Shown here: in pieces, positions 40,061 through 47,900 of the stretch
Numbering within the stretch: position 1 is the stretch's first letter
How the letters are laid out: each line of letters starts with the position of its first letter
Assembly: GCF_965230805.1 (NCBI RefSeq)
Contig: NZ_OZ246019.1
Coordinates: 4,581,941-4,645,940 of the forward strand
Direction: 5' to 3'
Length of the DNA: 64,000 nt
Source of the DNA: Marinifilum sp.
GTDB taxonomy: Bacteria > Bacteroidota > Bacteroidia > Bacteroidales > Marinifilaceae
The notes under the pieces: generated by a model
What the model was told of the DNA's origin: nothing
What the model saw: the letters and a program-made list of their open reading frames with translations, nothing else
The model's database searches: none
Translations under genes and position numbers: made by a program

Positions 40061-43000
40061 AAATGTACTGACTTACAACTATTGTCCATTGCGAGGAGAA
40101 TGTGTTGATGTTGTGATTTGCTTGCAGTAACATGTTTCATGATACCTATTTATTAAAATGATCAATCATGCATCTATCTTTGCTGTGTTGACTTACAACG
40201 TTTCAATTTTCTTTTATCAGCTTCATTCAGTTGTGATTTGCTTGCAGAATGTATCTTTGATGTGTTGACTTACAACTTGATGGCCAACGCAGAGTGAAAT
40301 TCAACAGTTGTGATTTGCTTGCAGAATGTATCTTTGATGTGTTGACTTACAACCAGATACTATGCGACTCCCTACATTAGCTTGTTGTGATTTGCTTGCA
40401 GAATGTATCTTTGATGTGTTGACTTACAACTTCACTCTCCGAAATCCTAACCCTAACGAAGTTGTGATTTGCTTGCAGAATGTATCTTTGATGTGTTGAC
40501 TTACAACTAACCAGCTTTAATTGCTGGCCCATTGTTTGTTGTGATTTGCTTGCAGAATGTATCTTTGATGTGTTGACTAACAACAAATGATGCAGGAGGT
40601 TATACGGTACCTAGTTGTGATTTGCTTGCAGAATGTATCTTTGATGTGTTGACTAACAACTAATTCGTTTGGAGTATATATCCCTGAGTTGTTGTGATTT
40701 GCTTGCAGAATGTATCTTTGATGTGTTGACTAACAACTATATGTATAGACACAGTTTTACACCGCTTGTTGTGATTTGCTTGCAGAATGTATCTTTGATG
40801 TGTTGACTAACAACGTCGGTGGGGCGCACCAACGGCACAAGCTGGTTGTGATTTGCTTGCAGAATGTATCTTTGATGTGTTGACTAACAACCAATGGTGT
40901 CATGATTTAAAAGTGGATCCTGTTGTGATTTGCTTGCAGAATGTATCTTTGATGTGTTGACTAACAACATTTACTCCCCATGAATAATTGAGCGTACTGT
41001 TGTGATTTGCTTGCAGAATGTATCTTTGATGTGTTGACTAACAACCTGGAGCTTTAACGATCTTGTCTTGTTTCAGTTGTGATTTGCTTGCAGAATGTAT
41101 CTTTGATGTGTTGACTAACAACTGCAATTACCAACTTCGACGGTGCCGAAGCGTTGTGATTTGCTTGCAGAATGTATCTTTGATGTGTTGACTAACAACC
41201 TTTAACAATGAGTATGCACACATCAGTAAGTTGTGATTTGCTTGCAGAATGTATCTTTGATGTGTTGACTAACAACTGATTGTTTTTGATGAGCCTTTTC
41301 CGCCTTGTTGTGATTTGCTTGCAGAATGTATCTTTGATGTGTTGACTAACAACCAAAAATGAATTTAAGCTTTTCAGAACTACGTTGTGATTTGCTTGCA
41401 GAATGTATCTTTGATGTGTTGACTAACAACTTTGGTAGAGGAAGATCCTGTTGAGCTTGCGTTGTGATTTGCTTGCAGAATGTATCTTTGATGTGTTGAC
41501 TAACAACAGATTGCACAGCCAATGCTAAACAGGTAATGTTGTGATTTGCTTGCAGAATGTATCTTTGATGTGTTGACTAACAACTTTCATCACCAACCTT
41601 AAGAGATAAAGCCTGTTGTGATTTGCTTGCAGAATGTATCTTTGATGTGTTGACTAACAACTAATTCTACTTTCATCTTCATCCTTAGATGGTTGTGATT
41701 TGCTTGCAGAATGTATCTTTGATGTGTTGACTAACAACACAAACGGCAGGAGTTGGAGCAGACGAACTGTTGTGATTTGCTTGCAGAATGTATCTTTGAT
41801 GTGTTGACTAACAACAGATGGAGATATGAAAGTTGTTGCATGGATGTTGTGATTTGCTTGCAGAATGTATCTTTGATGTGTTGACTAACAACTGGAAGTG
41901 TGCCACGAACGCTAGGACGAAAGTTGTGATTTGCTTGCAGAATGTATCTTTGATGTGTTGACTAACAACAGAATAGAAAATATATCTTCCGTTGATCCGT
42001 TGTGATTTGCTTGCAGAATGTATCTTTGATGTGTTGACTAACAACTAGCACAAGAAAGTGAAGGCTATAATACAAGTTGTGATTTGCTTGCAGAATGTAT
42101 CTTTGATGTGTTGACTAACAACCAATGTCATGCAACGAAGGCATAACAAACGGTTGTGATTTGCTTGCAGAATGTATCTTTGATGTGTTGACTAACAACT
42201 CTACATAATGATCCTATGTGGGTGTGACCGTTGTGATTTGCTTGCAGAATGTATCTTTGATGTGTTGACTAACAACGCATGAACCGCCCGCACAATCGCC
42301 TCGTTTGTTGTGATTTGCTTGCAGAATGTATCTTTGATGTGTTGACTAACAACGAAGTTGTTTTCTTGCTTGATTCTGATTGGTTGTGATTTGCTTGCAG
42401 AATGTATCTTTGATGTGTTGACTAACAACTTACACAACACAACAGATTATTAACTATCTGTTGTGATTTGCTTGCAGAATGTATCTTTGATGTGTTGACT
42501 AACAACTGTCTAGTAATAATTGCAAAATCTGTTCCAGTTGTGATTTGCTTGCAGAATGTATCTTTGATGTGTTGACTAACAACCAAGTTCTTTTACTCTA
42601 CTGCTAATCTGATGTTGTGATTTGCTTGCAGAATGTATCTTTGATGTGTTGACTAACAACAGATTTATGGGTGCTAAAGCTCAGGTTCAGTTGTGATTTG
42701 CTTGCAGAATGTATCTTTGATGTGTTGACTAACAACACTATATTGCAGGGTTTTGGAGCTCAGATTGTTGTGATTTGCTTGCAGAATGTATCTTTGATGT
42801 GTTGACTAACAACTTCCCATTCTTGTCTGCGAGCATCCGCACTGTTGTGATTTGCTTGCAGAATGTATCTTTGATGTGTTGACTAACAACCAAACTATCT
42901 GTATATCAAATAAAGTTTCAGTTGTGATTTGCTTGCAGAATGTATCTTTGATGTGTTGACTAACAACTCTTCAATTATTATATCTTCTGCTGCATCCGTT

Positions 43001-43583
43001 GTGATTTGCTTGCAGAATGTATCTTTGATGTGTTGACTAACAACAACAGCCAGAGATTAAAATATACGGAACTCGTTGTGATTTGCTTGCAGAATGTATC
43101 TTTGATGTGTTGACTAACAACATTAACCGCCGACATGATTTTTGATTGTGCGTTGTGATTTGCTTGCAGAATGTATCTTTGATGTGTTGACTAACAACTA
43201 ATAACAATATTCTAGCAACAGAACACCGGTTGTGATTTGCTTGCAGAATGTATCTTTGATGTGTTGACTAACAACTCAAGCTTTCCAACTACTCCTTGCT
43301 CGAATGTTGTGATTTGCTTGCAGAATGTATCTTTGATGTGTTGACTAACAACTTGGAGCCGTTGCTAGAATATTTAATCCAGGTTGTGATTTGCTTGCAG
43401 AATGTATCTTTGATGTGTTGACTAACAACATGAATTTCTTATGAACCTTATTCATCTCTGTTGTGATTTGCTTGCAGAATGTATCTTTGATGTGTTGACT
43501 AACAACATTCAAAGTATCTGATGACCCGGATTATCTGTTGTGATTTGCTTGCAGAATGTATCTTTGATGTGTTGACTAACAAC
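40061..43583 (+). CRISPR. CRISPR array with a 47-nt repeat GTTGTGATTTGCTTGCAGAATGTATCTTTGATGTGTTGACTAACAAC
   Basis: 44 full repeats starting at 40230 and ending at 43583 (77-bp period; spacers are 30 nt, four are 29 nt). There is also one split repeat (40110-40199) and a truncated remnant (40061-40079). Repeats 40230-40507 carry T at repeat position 42; the other 40 carry A. The strand is inferred from complementarity to the predicted tracrRNA. Confidence 0.98.
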
Positions 43584-43636
43584 CTATCAAGGGAAAGTAT
43601 CTCACAATAAGAAAGTTGTAGAACACATCAGAAATG

Positions 43637-43670
43637 AAAAACCCAAGGCTTTTTAGCTTCGGGTTTTCTT
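43637..43670. terminator. Hairpin terminator between the array and cas2 (could act on either strand)
   Basis: aaaaacccaaggc-ttttt-agcttcgggttttctt: an imperfect stem flanked by an A-run and a T-run. Confidence 0.55.
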
Positions 43671-43747
43671 GTTATGGGTATTTTTTGAATTCTAAGTACT
43701 GCAAAAATCGACAGATTGCTTCGTCCTTTGTCCTCGCAATGACAATA

Positions 43748-44086
43748 TTAAAAAAGCTGTAATTGTTGCACCACTTCAGGCTTTTCAGCTTCTTGTCGGC
43801 TATAAAACAATTCCATTGCAGCAAATTGCTTATCGGTAATCTTTAATATACCAACATGCCCATGTTCGGGCAACAAGTACTTCACTCGTTTGGCATGCAC
43901 ATCGGCATTTTCGCGGCTGGGGCAGGTTCGCATGTAAATCGAAAACTGAAACATGGTAAAACCATCTTTCAACAATTCCTTTCGAAATCGGCTTGCAGCC
44001 CTCCTCTCCTTTTTGGTATCGGTAGGCAAATCGAAAAATACCAACACCCACATGCTACGATATTGGCTTAAAGCTTCGTGACTCAT
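43748..44086 (-). CDS. cas2: CRISPR-associated endoribonuclease Cas2
   Basis: MSHEALSQYRSMWVLVFFDLPTDTKKERRAASRFRKELLKDGFTMFQFSIYMR. ATG at 44086 (112 aa) is preferred over the ORF-track start at 44164, and it overlaps the cas1 3' end by 32 nt. Confidence 0.9.
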   Translation of the reverse strand: MSHEALSQYRSMWVLVFFDLPTDTKKERRAASRFRKELLKDGFTMFQFSIYMRTCPSRENADVHAKRVKYLLPEHGHVGILKITDKQFAAMELFYSRQEAEKPEVVQQLQLF

Positions 44087-44981
44087 AAAAATCGGGATAC
44101 AGTATTTTACGTCGTTCTCTGGCAAAACATTCAAATAGAGAATTGGTAGTTCGGCTAATGGCATTCATCAACGGGCTTTTCTTCCCTCCAATCAATACAT
44201 CGCAGGTTAATACACTCAATAATTTAGCCTTCTGATTGCTGCTTAAATCTTCTGATGTAAATTCACCATTATAATACATGGGCAGCACCAACTGATCGCA
44301 AAACGGACGATAAGGTTCCATTATATCATCGGCCAAACAATAAGCATTGTATTTGTTACGATGAAAAATACCCAGAGTAGGCAACATTCCGCTACTTACC
44401 AAAGCACGAGCTACTGCAGCACGAATTAAAGCATAGGCATAGTTCAACTGGGAGTTGGGAGCATTTCCGTAACGCTCCCTCACAAAAGCCACATCGCCCA
44501 AGAGCAAATCCCAATACACCCTGGCAGCACGGCCTTCTACATTGTCCGAGTCGCCCGATTTTATTTGCGGAATCAAGGCATGCAAAGGCTTGGCATCCTT
44601 TCCCATTTGTTCCAATATCTCTGCCTGATTGGTCAGCTTGGCTGCAACCGTCTGAGCCCACAAATTCTTTTTTAATGGCTCAGATGCTGCAATCTGAATT
44701 CTAAAACGCTCACTTTGCAAAGAGTTCCCCGCCAAAGGCATCAACAAGCCAACCGGATGATGTTTCTCATCGCAGGATAAAACCGCCACATTGTTTAGTA
44801 CCAATTCCGATAACAAAGCCTGACTCAAAGTAACTTGCGGATGATCCAAGACCACCACCCCAATATCTTCAATGGGAATGCTGGCTACCTCCTTTCTTTG
44901 TTCTGGTTTCAATACCTTCAATTGTTTGTCTTGCCTACGTAGATAAGCAGGATTTCCAAAGTACAAAGTGCGTTTGATCAT
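44055..44981 (-). CDS. cas1: CRISPR-associated integrase Cas1 (type II)
   Basis: MIKRTLYFGNPAYLRRQDKQLKV..., NSQLNYAYALIRAAVARALVSSGMLPTLGIFHRNKYNAYCLADDIMEPYRPFCD. Confidence 0.95.
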   Translation of the reverse strand: MIKRTLYFGNPAYLRRQDKQLKVLKPEQRKEVASIPIEDIGVVVLDHPQVTLSQALLSELVLNNVAVLSCDEKHHPVGLLMPLAGNSLQSERFRIQIAASEPLKKNLWAQTVAAKLTNQAEILEQMGKDAKPLHALIPQIKSGDSDNVEGRAARVYWDLLLGDVAFVRERYGNAPNSQLNYAYALIRAAVARALVSSGMLPTLGIFHRNKYNAYCLADDIMEPYRPFCDQLVLPMYYNGEFTSEDLSSNQKAKLLSVLTCDVLIGGKKSPLMNAISRTTNSLFECFARERRKILYPDFYESRSFKPIS

Positions 44982-44992
44982 GGTATTTACTT

Positions 44993-47900
44993 TTAAGATT
45001 CTGAATACATTTCTACATTACTATGCTTTATAACTTTTGTAATATTTCCTAAACGATCTACTTCGAGCTTCCAACAAATTGCTTTTATTTGAGTTTTACC
45101 ATCAATCATATTTTGATTCTTTGTTTGTTGACTACCAAAACCAAACTCATCTTTTATCAGTTCATCTTCTGAGATTTGCAATATGTTATTTTCTAACAAT
45201 TCCTCATAGATTTCCTTTTTCTTCTTATTTTCATGAAACTTCCATATTGGTTTTGCTACTGCATAAGGAACAAAGTTAGCTATACCACCACCACCATCTA
45301 CAAATTTATAAACACGACTTATTTGTTCTTTAGATAAATTATGGTGATCAACTAAATGAGGATGTTCAATTTCTTCCTGAGTAGGAACATACACCAAATC
45401 CAATGGAGAAATAGTAAACAACCATTTATACTCCATATCTTTTGAGCTATCATAGATTCTAGATGCGAATGGATTTAACCTTTTATCCTTATCACATTTT
45501 AACTCATCAATCAATAGCATCAACGAAATATCCTCAATTTTACGAACCGTAACTTCTTCTCCTTTTCTATCCTTATAAGTTCCTTTATAAAATCCTAAAT
45601 ACAAATTTGAACCAGCATCAGTTTTTATATATTGCTCGTTCTTTATGTAATCTTTAGATCCATAATCTTCTTCACAAACTTGTCTTTGTTTGCCAAAACC
45701 TTCTGATATTCTTACTTTTTTAATTGGAGCATGTGCTTTCCCTTTATTTAGTCCTCTAAGAATTTCTGGTTGATTTAATACTTCTATTTCTTCTGGTGTA
45801 AAGGCAAACTCAGGATGTTCCGTTATATCTGAACTTTTTGTATTAGTTCGAACCAAATTTGGATCTTGCATTTTATCGATGAAAATATTCAATTTAGAAT
45901 AATCCGTTTTATTAAATTTATACTTATTGCTTTCTAAGTATGTAACAAAATCATCAAGAGAACTAAAGTTATTTTCCGGATCTTCAACAATAGAACAAAT
46001 TTCAGTCCTTTCAATTGAAGCATCAATATAGTTTATAGCTTGTGTAAAAGGAAGTTCTAGAGTATCGAACCTTTCCAGATGTCTTATTAAAATCTTCCGA
46101 ATACCAGAATCGGTTATCGTTTTAATCTTTTTTCTATTAAATGAAGAGTCGAGTTTTTTTCTAACCACTATTTTTTCTGAACCTTTTATAGTTTTCTTAC
46201 CATAAAAAGTATCCTTTCCCAGACTTCTTCTAATTGCCCAATTGTATTTTTGTCCATTATCTGTATTTTGTTTGCTTGTTTGATTATTAGAATCTTTATA
46301 ATGATTTACAGTTTTGTTTATCACTCTAAGGTTTTGCTTAAAAGTAACGATAGTATTCTGCAACGCATCTAATACCATTGTCTTCCAGTTTCCGTGATAC
46401 TCAATTTCTCCATAGAAATAATCTTTCTTTAAGACTGTATTTTCTCTTGAATCAATAGCATCAGGCTTTCTTTTTTCACCAGGTCGCATAAAGTACCAAT
46501 CATTATCCTTTGGGTTCTCTTTATTTGGAGAAGAATACATGATATTTCTTTTCATCGTAAGACGATAAGCTTCTAACTGTTTCTGCTTTCCAATATCTTT
46601 TAAGTGAATTTTTGAATTAATATTATTCATATAATTCACATGTCCTCTTGTACATAAAGCTACAATTAAAGCATCCAAAGCGTGATGACGATGATCTATA
46701 CGTTTTATATCATAGGATTCGTCTTTTTCTCTTATTGTTTTGTTTAAGTTACAATTAAAGAACTCTTTCCCGGTTTTAGCTAACTGTACTTGACCAAATA
46801 AATTTGATTTAGTAAGCTCATTCATTCTAATAAACCTTGAAGAAACCAACTCTGTCCATACCTCATTTAGTTGCCAGGCTTTTTTAAGATCTGAAGTTAT
46901 TCTTCCTGTTACTGGCAGAACATTTCTCGAACAGAATTCAAGTTCACCTTTAGCTCTTACAATATGACTCAACAGCTCCATTGCTTTACGTGCAATATGC
47001 CTTGCATTATTTAGTTGACTATTGGTAAAACTTTTGGGAATCTCTCTGGAGAGAAGGATATGTTTTTTATTACCAGAGAATTGTTTCAATACTGTTGCTA
47101 CGTATTCGTCATCAGAAATAACCCTAACTTTTTCATTATGTGCAGAACAGTATATTTCTCTTTTTCCTGGATTATTTATGAATTCCCGACCAGTTTTATT
47201 ACTCTTTTCTTTATTAATCTCAAATTCACATACAACTTTATTACTTAATGAATTGTTCGTAACAGAGGCTCGGGGAAAAATGTGGTCAATGTTGTACTTT
47301 TTCCCATCAAACAAATCAGTCATACTAATAGTTTTGTTAGTGTATGGAGATTTATATCCTTGTTCTATCCAGAGTTTATATTTTTCAAAAGTTTCTTTTG
47401 TAATAGGATTCCTAAGAACCTTATCAATTTCATCTTTTTCGGCTTTCTTTTTATATTGATGCTGATTTAAAACAGAATCTTCAACAATCTTTAAACGCTC
47501 AAAATGATCCTTATTTTTGGGGCTTGCATTGTATGGTTCACAACAGAGAAACTCCTCTAACACTTGTCTTAATCGTTTATTTTGCTCTCTATTAATTTTT
47601 TGATTGTCTGTATCCCTCTTTTTTTCTTTTGCTGATTTTTTAAGCTCTCTACCTACTTCTACATGAATTTCAGAAAAGTAATTCTTTTCACTGTCACCAT
47701 GATATTCCCAAATATCAGCAACTACCTGCATCATCTCCAACAAAACTTTTTCAGCAATTGGATTGTTCAATGAATGTTGCTTAAGTTCTTTATGCAACTC
47801 ATTCCTTATGTCCTCTGGAGAATTCCAATGTTTTGCTTGTGCCAATTCAGAATGGCGTCCATAAATTAAATATGAAGCTTGGCTTAAATTCAATTTTTGG

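Noticed and set aside
40377-42440. Three minus-strand ORFs of 69-79 aa inside the CRISPR array (40377-40586, 41808-42044, 42201-42440).
   Set aside because: Their translations repeat LLVNTSKIHSASKSQ, which is simply the 47-nt repeat read in frame, so they are artefacts of the array.
40080-43614. Self-targeting spacers, or spacers matching the MITE or repeat families in this window.
   Set aside because: I noticed no match by eye, but this was not an exhaustive comparison. A blastn-short search of all 46 spacers against the genome and virus databases is needed.
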